Positions 8,238-15,952 of a stretch of DNA of 64,000 nucleotides are shown piece by piece. Position 1 is the stretch's first letter, and the number at the start of each line of letters is the position of its first letter. Origin of the DNA: a virus; IMG/VR virus record IMGVR_UViG_3300025282_000024. One strand, written 5' to 3'. The translations under genes were made by a program, and so were the position numbers. Below the pieces are notes generated by a model. That model saw only the letters and a list, made by a program, of their open reading frames with translations, searched no databases and had not been told where the DNA came from.

Positions 8238-8558
8238 TTAATAATAATCTGGTTGTTCGTACTCGTGGCCGAGCATCTTAGCCCAGTCTTCTACGGCGCT
8301 CGAAAGCTGCTCACTCATAAAATTATCCCAATCATTATGAGGAACATTATTTTTCCAGCCTTCATACTCGTGATGTCTATCATTTAGCTCATCAAATATT
8401 TGTACAATTGAAATTTCTTTTCCATCAAGTTCAACAGTCACATCCTTATAATCTTCTGTATATGCAGTCAGCCCATTAGCGGTAACTATCTTTTTTTTCA
8501 ATGTTGCGTGAAGCTCTTCTTTAATAAGTCGCTTAAGTTGTTGTTTTGTTAATTTCAT
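8238..8558 (-). CDS. MKLTKQQLK-leader family protein 2
   Basis: Leader MKLTKQQLKRLIKEEL; unrelated C-terminus. Confidence 0.75.
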   Translation of the reverse strand: MKLTKQQLKRLIKEELHATLKKKIVTANGLTAYTEDYKDVTVELDGKEISIVQIFDELNDRHHEYEGWKNNVPHNDWDNFMSEQLSSAVEDWAKMLGHEYEQPDYY

Positions 8559-8563
8559 TGTGT

Positions 8564-8956
8564 TTATTCCTCGAATGGAAAGCCGATTGCTTTTCGTTCA
8601 GCTGTAGCCTTCTCTGTCCCGTGCCCAACAAGGTTCTCGATCATATTAGCTATTCTAAAGATAGTTAATTCTGTCGCTTTCGCATAATCCTTAACTTGAC
8701 CTACCAGACCTCCAATACCTCCACTAGTATGTTTAAACCCAAGAGGATCGCCGGATCGCTGTGTAGGAAGCGGCCCTTTTACTTTTTTAGGTTGCGCAAT
8801 ATTTAATACTCTTTCTTCTAAAGCTTTTGCAGCGTCATAAGCAGATCGCACAGAATCCCGCATTTTAAGCTCACCAGCTTCAGTTAATAGCTCAGATTGC
8901 GCATATTCCAGTTCTTCTTTAATAATTCGTTTTAGTTGTTGTTTTGTTAATTTCAT
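8564..8956 (-). CDS. MKLTKQQLK-leader family protein 3
   Basis: Leader MKLTKQQLKRIIKEEL; unrelated C-terminus. Confidence 0.75.
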   Translation of the reverse strand: MKLTKQQLKRIIKEELEYAQSELLTEAGELKMRDSVRSAYDAAKALEERVLNIAQPKKVKGPLPTQRSGDPLGFKHTSGGIGGLVGQVKDYAKATELTIFRIANMIENLVGHGTEKATAERKAIGFPFEE

Positions 8957-9001
8957 TATACGTTGAATCCCTTGGCTCTCATGGCCATGTTTTGTCCTAT
9001 T

Positions 9002-9388
9002 CTAGAAATGTATTTCTTCACTAGACTCCTCCTCGGGAGGCTCCAGTTCGCCTTCGTCGTCCCCAAACTCTTTATCCAAAATATCTTCAAGATCATCTGA
9101 ATAAAGCGACGATTGATCCACAAAATTATCTAAAGTGGCCTGCAAAACTTCTTTGACCTGTCCCCTTGCATCTTCTTTTGTAAGCGGTCCATATTCGTCA
9201 GGCTTATCTTTGTAGTGGTCAATCACTCCGAAAGTTACATCTCGGAAGGCGTCGCGTAAGTCGTCAAGCGCAGGATCAAACCCTTTATGTGCCTCGTCGC
9301 TGGCATCAAAAGAACGTGGAGGCTCCTCCCCTATACGCTCTAACTCTTCTTTAATAATTTGTTGTAATCTCGATTGTTTTAGTTTCAT
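9002..9388 (-). CDS. MKLTKQQLK-leader family protein 4
   Basis: Leader MKLKQSRLQQIIKEEL; very acidic; CTAATTAA motif and SD AAGGAAGG upstream. Confidence 0.75.
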   Translation of the reverse strand: MKLKQSRLQQIIKEELERIGEEPPRSFDASDEAHKGFDPALDDLRDAFRDVTFGVIDHYKDKPDEYGPLTKEDARGQVKEVLQATLDNFVDQSSLYSDDLEDILDKEFGDDEGELEPPEEESSEEIHF

Positions 9389-9432
9389 GGCTTATCCTTC
9401 CTTAATACTATTAATTAGTAAGCAAAAAGAGT

Positions 9433-10539
9433 TTATTCCCGTTCTTCATAGAAAGATTCTGCTGAACCTGTACGGTCATCAAACTTCATAATAATCTCTT
9501 CGTCCATGATCTCTAAAACTCTTTGCCTAAACTTAGGATCTTCAAGTTTTTTCTTCCAACCAGAGCTTTGAAATTTATCAAATGTACCATCGTTATAAGT
9601 AAGAGCAAACCAGGCGCCACTATTATTTAAGTGTTGTGAACCCTTAATCGCGTCAAGCCAACTTTCTTCATCTTGTACTCCGATTTCATCTCCCCATAGG
9701 ATCTTAAAATTACATTGTCTACCGGCTGTCCCGAATCGTGATTTTTCAAGTTTTACCTTGACCTCTGAACCGATTCGAAAGCCTTTATCATCTGTGATGA
9801 AAGAAGCCTTTGCTTTACGCCCTGTGAGCCACACACGCAACGAGTAGGCATAAACCATAGCTTTACCCCCAGGCGTCATATAAGGCGTTGTGAGGGCCTC
9901 TGAGGGGCGCCTGGTGATGTTTGTTTTAAGCTGGTTCAAAACAAGAAACGTCGATTGACTATTCGCAATTGGAACTGTCAGCTTTGACATGCCTTTTGCA
10001 AGAATTCTGGCCTTAACGGCCATCGACGAAAGAGGATTAAAATCTCCTTCAATATCTGAGATTGCTGGTGTCAACGCTAGTGAATCCCAGATAAAAAGCA
10101 TCTTGTTTTCGTTTGACCCAAGAAGCTCTTCAATTGTCTCAAGCACAAATTCTACAGATGTTGCCTGTACATATAATAGATCATCAACATTACAGCCAGT
10201 TTTCTCTAAGAACCCCGGATCAATTGCGGACTCTGAATCAAAATAAACCACATCAATCCCCATATTCTGGGCATTAGCGGCTACCTGCGCTGCCATATAT
10301 GATTTACCAGTTGACTCCAAACCCGCTATTTCAACAATTTTTCCAATTGGGATTCCTGCGCGCTGGCCTCGACAAATAATACTGTCAAGCCATCTCGACC
10401 CTGTAGGAATCCATTCTTTTACAATTGTTGGACTACCCTCATTTAAATTATGTGCCACGTTTAGTCCCGCTTTCTTGTTGATAAGTTTGCGCATATCTTC
10501 AATAGAAAGCTTGCCAGCAGCTTTTTTAGTTTTAGTCAT
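9433..10539 (-). CDS. recA: RecA/UvsX recombinase
   Basis: IPTGS, GLESTGKS Walker A, FDSE, WDSL, NQLK, TPGGKA, KSRF. Confidence 0.93.
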   Translation of the reverse strand: MTKTKKAAGKLSIEDMRKLINKKAGLNVAHNLNEGSPTIVKEWIPTGSRWLDSIICRGQRAGIPIGKIVEIAGLESTGKSYMAAQVAANAQNMGIDVVYFDSESAIDPGFLEKTGCNVDDLLYVQATSVEFVLETIEELLGSNENKMLFIWDSLALTPAISDIEGDFNPLSSMAVKARILAKGMSKLTVPIANSQSTFLVLNQLKTNITRRPSEALTTPYMTPGGKAMVYAYSLRVWLTGRKAKASFITDDKGFRIGSEVKVKLEKSRFGTAGRQCNFKILWGDEIGVQDEESWLDAIKGSQHLNNSGAWFALTYNDGTFDKFQSSGWKKKLEDPKFRQRVLEIMDEEIIMKFDDRTGSAESFYEERE

Positions 10540-10567
10540 TATAATATTTTCCTCCTATATTAAAAGT

Positions 10568-10603
10568 TGAGACATTTATAAACCCACGTCTTCCCTGTGG
10601 TTA
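10568..10603 (-). ncRNA. Putative cis-regulatory pseudoknot, copy A (upstream of recA)
   Basis: AACC-ACAGGGA-AGACGT-GGGTTT-ATAA-ATGTCT-CA; homologous to 11599-11634 with compensatory stem changes. Confidence 0.55.
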
Positions 10604-10607
10604 AAAA

Positions 10608-11519
10608 CTAATTTAATAGATTAGAAGTCTTATTTAGCTTAACAATTCTTTGCTTATGTTTAAGAGAACAACCATTAGGCACAGTAACCCTTCGATAATC
10701 CACAATTAGCCCATGAGCAATAGACTCTCCATGTTTATGGTGGACTCGGCCTCCCTTGGTTTTATAATCAGAGGCAGCATTATACTGGGTATGGATTGCC
10801 ACATAGGTACTAAACCAAAGTTTAAAGTCCTTGTCAACGGCAGAGCCATCATTGAAAGACGGATGCAACTTGAATAGAAGTGTAGTACCCTCCAAAAGCT
10901 CACCCTGAATCTTTTCATCGTTGGACCACGCTCTATCTAAAAGCTCAGAAGCTAGTTTTACGTTAGCTAAACCATGTTTTACGCATCGGTTAAACGCTCC
11001 AACGGAGATGCGCTTTGAATTTGGGGCGCCCACAGTGCCAAATTCGTCAGGAGAACCATAAACGCTTAAGCCAGTATAAACAAGCTGATTTTTAATCTCT
11101 AGCGCTTTCTGGTCTTGTGCAAGTACTTGGTGCACAAAAACTTCATCTTTGTTTGCACTCTTGCGGTTTGACCAGTTAACTTCATAGAAAAGCTTGTGAT
11201 ATTCCTGTTCGTTTTTAACATCGATACGATAACAAGGCATCTTGGTACGATTTGGAAACACGACTCTGTACATTCCTCGGCGGTGATCACCATCTAGAAG
11301 ATATTCGTCACCATTAGGAAACACAGCAATTGTGGGGGGAGTAAACTTTGACCAGTCAAAACCATTCTTAAGATATTTCTTAAGTTGACTGCTCTTTGTT
11401 TCACGATTAACCAGACTCAATATCTCCACCCCTACTTGGCCCGGTTGGCCCGGCCTTCCAAAAATATTGATGTCATTAACTTTTAGAGATTTTGTATCTC
11501 CAACTAAAAAATTACTCAT
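10608..11519 (-). CDS. ParB/Srx-like N-terminal domain protein
   Basis: FDW..F.PP.IA....EYLLDGDHRR motif of ParB-N/DUF6551-like proteins; SD AAGGAGG. Confidence 0.6.
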   Translation of the reverse strand: MSNFLVGDTKSLKVNDINIFGRPGQPGQVGVEILSLVNRETKSSQLKKYLKNGFDWSKFTPPTIAVFPNGDEYLLDGDHRRGMYRVVFPNRTKMPCYRIDVKNEQEYHKLFYEVNWSNRKSANKDEVFVHQVLAQDQKALEIKNQLVYTGLSVYGSPDEFGTVGAPNSKRISVGAFNRCVKHGLANVKLASELLDRAWSNDEKIQGELLEGTTLLFKLHPSFNDGSAVDKDFKLWFSTYVAIHTQYNAASDYKTKGGRVHHKHGESIAHGLIVDYRRVTVPNGCSLKHKQRIVKLNKTSNLLN

Positions 11520-11598
11520 AATTATTCCTCCTTATGAATAGCATCTAAGGTTTCGAGGCCAATTGGACTTATACTAGGCACCTTATCGCCTAAAAAAA

Positions 11599-11634
11599 TG
11601 AGGCATCTGTAAACCCATGCCTCCCTGCGGTTTA
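11599..11634 (-). ncRNA. Putative cis-regulatory pseudoknot/terminator, copy B (downstream of ssb)
   Basis: TAAACC-GCAGG-GAGGCAT-G-GGTTTA-CAG-ATGCCTC-A followed by T7. Confidence 0.55.
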
Positions 11635-11638
11635 TAAA

Positions 11639-12403
11639 TTAGCTGCCAAGAAGATCTGCGAAAGCTTTATCCACGGAAGTCCCACTAGTGGCTTCTTTCT
11701 CGGTGCCACCATCATATTTGGTGGTTTCGGTGGAATTCTCTTCGGGATCTCCATCTCCCAACAAAAATTCATCTAGCATTCCCTGAACTTCTGCAAAAGA
11801 TTTTCGGCTAGCTGCAAACAATTCATCAAAGTCCGGTACAGACTCCAAAAATTCACGGCATCTCTCAGGCTCTTTACAAAGCGTTGAACTACGGCGGCGC
11901 GGCGTAATCTGAGTTACTGGAAAGGTTGCGCCAGCTGGCTTTCCATAACCAAGGACAAGATCAGTCCCCGCTTCAGCATCGGTAATGTCTCCATATTCCG
12001 GATTAAGCACAAGATTCAAGAGAGTTTCATAAACGGTTTTACCGAAACCCCAAACTCGAACCCCTTTATCTTCTTCTCCGCGCACAATAACTGGCGCAAA
12101 GAAACGCTGACGAGCAGAAAGCTTTTTCGCCATTCTCTTACTATCTTCTGTGCCTTCCTGCCAAAGCTGGCGCACAAAAGAATCCAACGGACAATCTTCG
12201 CCAAAGTTTCGCTTTGGACTCAAGAAGCCGGGATTATCTCCAACATTATAATGGAACCAGTAATCCTTGAACGGATCTCCATCTTCAGTAGGAACAATAC
12301 GGATAGTTTGTTCCCCATCCTGCGGGCGCCAAAAACGATTGTTGCCCCCTTTACTTTCAAGAGCATTTTTGCGCTCTCTCATTTTCTTCATATCAATAGT
12401 CAT
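11639..12403 (-). CDS. Single-stranded DNA-binding protein (T4 gp32-like)
   Basis: FWRP.DG..TIRIVP, WFHY, CP, VRVWGFGKTVY, YGDITD..G.DL; acidic tail ending FADLL; located upstream of recA. Confidence 0.82.
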   Translation of the reverse strand: MTIDMKKMRERKNALESKGGNNRFWRPQDGEQTIRIVPTEDGDPFKDYWFHYNVGDNPGFLSPKRNFGEDCPLDSFVRQLWQEGTEDSKRMAKKLSARQRFFAPVIVRGEEDKGVRVWGFGKTVYETLLNLVLNPEYGDITDAEAGTDLVLGYGKPAGATFPVTQITPRRRSSTLCKEPERCREFLESVPDFDELFAASRKSFAEVQGMLDEFLLGDGDPEENSTETTKYDGGTEKEATSGTSVDKAFADLLGS

Positions 12404-12455
12404 TTTTTTCTCCTTTTAGTCAGCGTGATGACTCTCTCACGCTGCTGATTTTATT

Positions 12456-12484
12456 ATAATACTATAAATTGATTTCTTTGTCAA
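12456..12484 (-). promoter_or_regulatory. sigma70 promoter for ssb, with an 8-bp 5'UTR hairpin (12421-12444)
   Basis: TTGACA-N17-TATTAT; CAGCGTGA-N8-TCACGCTG just before SD AAGGAG. Confidence 0.7.
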
Positions 12485-13328
12485 GTCTAAAATTATCATT
12501 TTGTACCACAGAACTATTCAATAAGCCATAAATATAAGGTGTATCATAGCTTGTTGAATAAATCCCGTAGCTGACCTTTATTTTATCATACTGTTTCAAA
12601 ATTTTAAGCTGTTCTGAGATATTTTTCATTAAAGTGCCATCAGTTTTTAACATTTCTTCAGGCACTCCATAATAATAACATTTATCTCTGGGGATGTCAA
12701 GATCAAAAAATAATTTTTCTTCCCCTCCTTCATATGAAACTAAACTGAAAGTTGATATCCTAGCAGAATCCAATGTCTCATCAAAAGTGTCAATTTCAGA
12801 CTTAGAATGTTTAAAGACGTTAATCATATGCATGGTAGAAGATATTAATTCGTTCATTTGAGTGTGTATTTCTCGTAAGGGGACGTCCCCAATTATTTTA
12901 GACAACTCAACATTATCAACTAGATAAATTCTTTTAAAAAGCCCTGACCGTGCGTATTCTTGTAATACCCCAAAAATTACATTATTGTTTTTTACTTTTA
13001 GCGCAGGGAGCAAAGAACAATCTGGCCGAGCATACAAAACGCTTATATTACATTTGTGTCTTATCTGTTCCAATATTCGCAGGCTAGCGGCAGATATTTT
13101 TCCACAGCTAGTAATGAACAAGACATCCCCCTTCACATATCTAAAAAATTTTTTAAAGCTTGGACACTTCTTTTCGTATTCTTCTAAAGTTTTAAATTCC
13201 GGAAAATCAAAACAATCCTTTGAACTTTGTAACCCTTTATTGATTTTATATATTTTATATTGAGGGTACTTCGAAAAGCTAGCAGCAATATTACATCCAG
13301 CAGTTCCTAGACCGATGATCGTTTTCAT
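12462..13328 (-). CDS. Divergent tubulin/FtsZ-like (PhuZ/TubZ-type) protein
   Basis: IIGLGTAGCNIA (T1 loop), later LVDN and MNELI elements; GGGTG signature degenerate. Confidence 0.6.
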   Translation of the reverse strand: MKTIIGLGTAGCNIAASFSKYPQYKIYKINKGLQSSKDCFDFPEFKTLEEYEKKCPSFKKFFRYVKGDVLFITSCGKISAASLRILEQIRHKCNISVLYARPDCSLLPALKVKNNNVIFGVLQEYARSGLFKRIYLVDNVELSKIIGDVPLREIHTQMNELISSTMHMINVFKHSKSEIDTFDETLDSARISTFSLVSYEGGEEKLFFDLDIPRDKCYYYGVPEEMLKTDGTLMKNISEQLKILKQYDKIKVSYGIYSTSYDTPYIYGLLNSSVVQNDNFRLDKEINL

Positions 13329-14509
13329 GTTTTACTTTCCACCATTTCACCAAAATTTTTGCCATGGGAAACATTTACTTTAAAGTGGCCCAATTCAGTA
13401 TCCGCAAATAATTCTTTTATTTCTTGAATTATGTTCTCGTCATCATGGTGTAAATCAATTACAAGAGAGTCATGCAAACAAAAAGCAATATTAGATTTTT
13501 TATCTTTTAAATATTCCCATACTTTAATCATTTGGCGTAAAAATAGGTCAGCAGCCGTTGACTGAATAATATAATTTAATGCATGGTGATCATCCGAATC
13601 AATTATTCTATTAAAAAAGGTTGTCACTTGGCCTTCGCTGTAGTACTTTTGTACCACAAAATCTCTATCATATTCTTTATTTAAAACATAATCTTTAGAT
13701 TCAGGATTATAAAGCCAAGCAAAAACTCTCTTCTTAGCTTCTTCTCTTGTGTTGGTATTCTTAAAAACGTGCCTCATATTCCAATCGTGAATGTCTTCTT
13801 TCGGCTGATCCTTCCCTGAAAGGCTCATCATAACACGAAGCTCGGCTGCGTTATAGTCCATTTCTAAAAATGAATGGTTATTGGGCTTTAAAATCTTACG
13901 ATAACTCTTGTGTAACGTAAGAATAGGAAACTGCGTCGCCGTCAGTCTCCCCGTTTTAGTTCCAGACATGTTATAACATATATAAGGTTCCGTTGCCTTA
14001 AGTTTTTTAAGAAATTGTCTGACCTTAAAATCATATCTCCTGTTTCTCATTGAACTTAAATCAATATTTAATTTTCTATTTTTTATCTCTGTTAAAATCT
14101 TTGCAATATTAACTCTAAAGTCATAATCATCTGGCTTTTTATAGTTTTTAAACACATGAGCTGATATTTGATTTTTGATCTTTCCATACTTTAATAGTAT
14201 GTGTACAGGAAGCAAATCAAAATAACAATAATCGTTTAAATTCAATTTAACTTCTTTTGTTGAAGTGTGGAAAGCTTTCAGCTTATGTCTAATTAATTCC
14301 CACTCATCAACTAGTTGTGGGGGGCATGCTTCAGTTAAAGACTGCCCCCCACAATAATATTTGGCGTATTGAATTGTTGAAGCCGGCATACTTTCAGAAT
14401 AATCCCACGTGTGAGTGAGACTCTTTTCAGGAAGCTTTTTTGTATAAAGCTCTTCGTCAACATATACTGCAAGACAATCTTTTTTGTCATCAAATGTTTG
14501 AAAAATCAT
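13325..14509 (-). CDS. Compact family A DNA polymerase
   Basis: TKTGRLT, motif A EMDYNAAELRV, motif B REEAKKRVFAWLY, ALNYIIQSTAAD, motif C LHDSL. Confidence 0.82.
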   Translation of the reverse strand: MIFQTFDDKKDCLAVYVDEELYTKKLPEKSLTHTWDYSESMPASTIQYAKYYCGGQSLTEACPPQLVDEWELIRHKLKAFHTSTKEVKLNLNDYCYFDLLPVHILLKYGKIKNQISAHVFKNYKKPDDYDFRVNIAKILTEIKNRKLNIDLSSMRNRRYDFKVRQFLKKLKATEPYICYNMSGTKTGRLTATQFPILTLHKSYRKILKPNNHSFLEMDYNAAELRVMMSLSGKDQPKEDIHDWNMRHVFKNTNTREEAKKRVFAWLYNPESKDYVLNKEYDRDFVVQKYYSEGQVTTFFNRIIDSDDHHALNYIIQSTAADLFLRQMIKVWEYLKDKKSNIAFCLHDSLVIDLHHDDENIIQEIKELFADTELGHFKVNVSHGKNFGEMVESKT

Positions 14510-14566
14510 TTCTACCGTGCTTACCTTCTGTTCATATCTTATCTTTGGCGGTGAATTTATTCTGGA

Positions 14567-15952
14567 TCACTCTGCATCTTCAGGATCAATCTTGCCAGAG
14601 GTTTCTAGAATCTCAGTAAGGGTAATCTCCGTTGATTCATCCTCAACCTCACCATATAGTGTCACTTTAACAGGTTCCTCATAAGAATGCAAGCCAGAAG
14701 TTACACTTTTTCCAAAATATTTTATACGACGAGGATATGGAGCCCCATCCTTCGTAACATATATGTTTGATTGTTGTGTAAAGCCTTCTAGAAGCTCTAA
14801 TGCTTTTTCAATTCCTTTTTTGCTGTTAGCTCGTAAGATTTTTTTTAATTTAACTTGGTGTTGTCTTGCAGTAAATTCTTTTTGACTCTCAATCAAGCGA
14901 ATATTAAAATAATAAGGTAAGAAAAAAGAATCTGGATAATTTTTCTGAAAGTCATTATCAAAATCATCTGAAATATCTTCTAAAAATCCCTCCTTAGGGA
15001 TTGTTTTAAATTGACCGCTGGCCACATCTGCCCAGGTAGGAGGGGCACAATTTTTAATAGTATGTAGTATCCCAAACCATGTGGTATCGGCATCGAGAAC
15101 CATGGATTTATATGCATACCACATTCTAGCTTTAAAGTCATCATAAGAATAGAATTCAGACCTGTAAAAATAATCCTTAAATACGGCACCATCTTCATAA
15201 GAAGTTCCAAAAGCGGCCATATAGTTGGCAGTAACAGGATGATCCATATTAACAGCCAATCGCCAAGGACAATTCTTATCGACATAAAAACCAAAGGCTG
15301 CAGCTAATCTTGCATAATCAGTAAAAGCCTCTTTAGAAAGATATTCATCATCTTTTAAAGCGTCATCATCCATTGCCACATCTGCAATTTCAACTATTAG
15401 GCCACTAATGGCATGAGGACAAAGGGGGGACATTATAAATCCAGTTCGAGATACTGGAAATATATTTTTTATGGTAGAAGTATAATTAACAAATTCTTTC
15501 ACAAAATCGGGAAAAGTTCTTATTCGACTTTTTCGAGACGCTATAACATACTCATTTATAAAAGTATCATAAACATTATCCACAAAGTGTTCTTGATAAA
15601 GTTTGTGCATGTTCTTTGTGGCGGAGCGAGGGACAAAACCATTGGGAAATAAGTTTGCAAACCGCTGAGTTTTTGTGCGGATATTGAAATCTATTACGTC
15701 CTTAAGATCAACAAAAGCTTTTGTAGCAAAATCATGAAGTAATAAAAGCCCTTGGCCCGGAAGTTGAGTCATATTAATTTCTGTAGGATAGATCGAATGT
15801 CCCTCTTTATCAACTTTTCCATAAAAAGGCTTTTCGTAAATCATATCGAGGGGAACGGGGTCATAAATTGTAAAAGCCTTTTGCTTATAGTCCAGCCTCT
15901 CCTCAAACATTTGAGGGTTTGATAAATTATTTTTGGCTTCAAAACGACTCAT
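14567..15952 (-). CDS. Hypothetical protein (last gene of tail/baseplate block)
   Basis: 461-aa ORF coupled to the upstream gene; no recognised motif. Confidence 0.7.
   Translation of the reverse strand: MSRFEAKNNLSNPQMFEERLDYKQKAFTIYDPVPLDMIYEKPFYGKVDKEGHSIYPTEINMTQLPGQGLLLLHDFATKAFVDLKDVIDFNIRTKTQRFANLFPNGFVPRSATKNMHKLYQEHFVDNVYDTFINEYVIASRKSRIRTFPDFVKEFVNYTSTIKNIFPVSRTGFIMSPLCPHAISGLIVEIADVAMDDDALKDDEYLSKEAFTDYARLAAAFGFYVDKNCPWRLAVNMDHPVTANYMAAFGTSYEDGAVFKDYFYRSEFYSYDDFKARMWYAYKSMVLDADTTWFGILHTIKNCAPPTWADVASGQFKTIPKEGFLEDISDDFDNDFQKNYPDSFFLPYYFNIRLIESQKEFTARQHQVKLKKILRANSKKGIEKALELLEGFTQQSNIYVTKDGAPYPRRIKYFGKSVTSGLHSYEEPVKVTLYGEVEDESTEITLTEILETSGKIDPEDAE

Noticed and set aside
14665-14693. 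Internal promoter TTGCAT-N17-TAAAGT upstream of the mini-polymerase
   Set aside because: Plausible, but it has two weak boxes inside a coding region and is not distinguishable from chance without TSS data.
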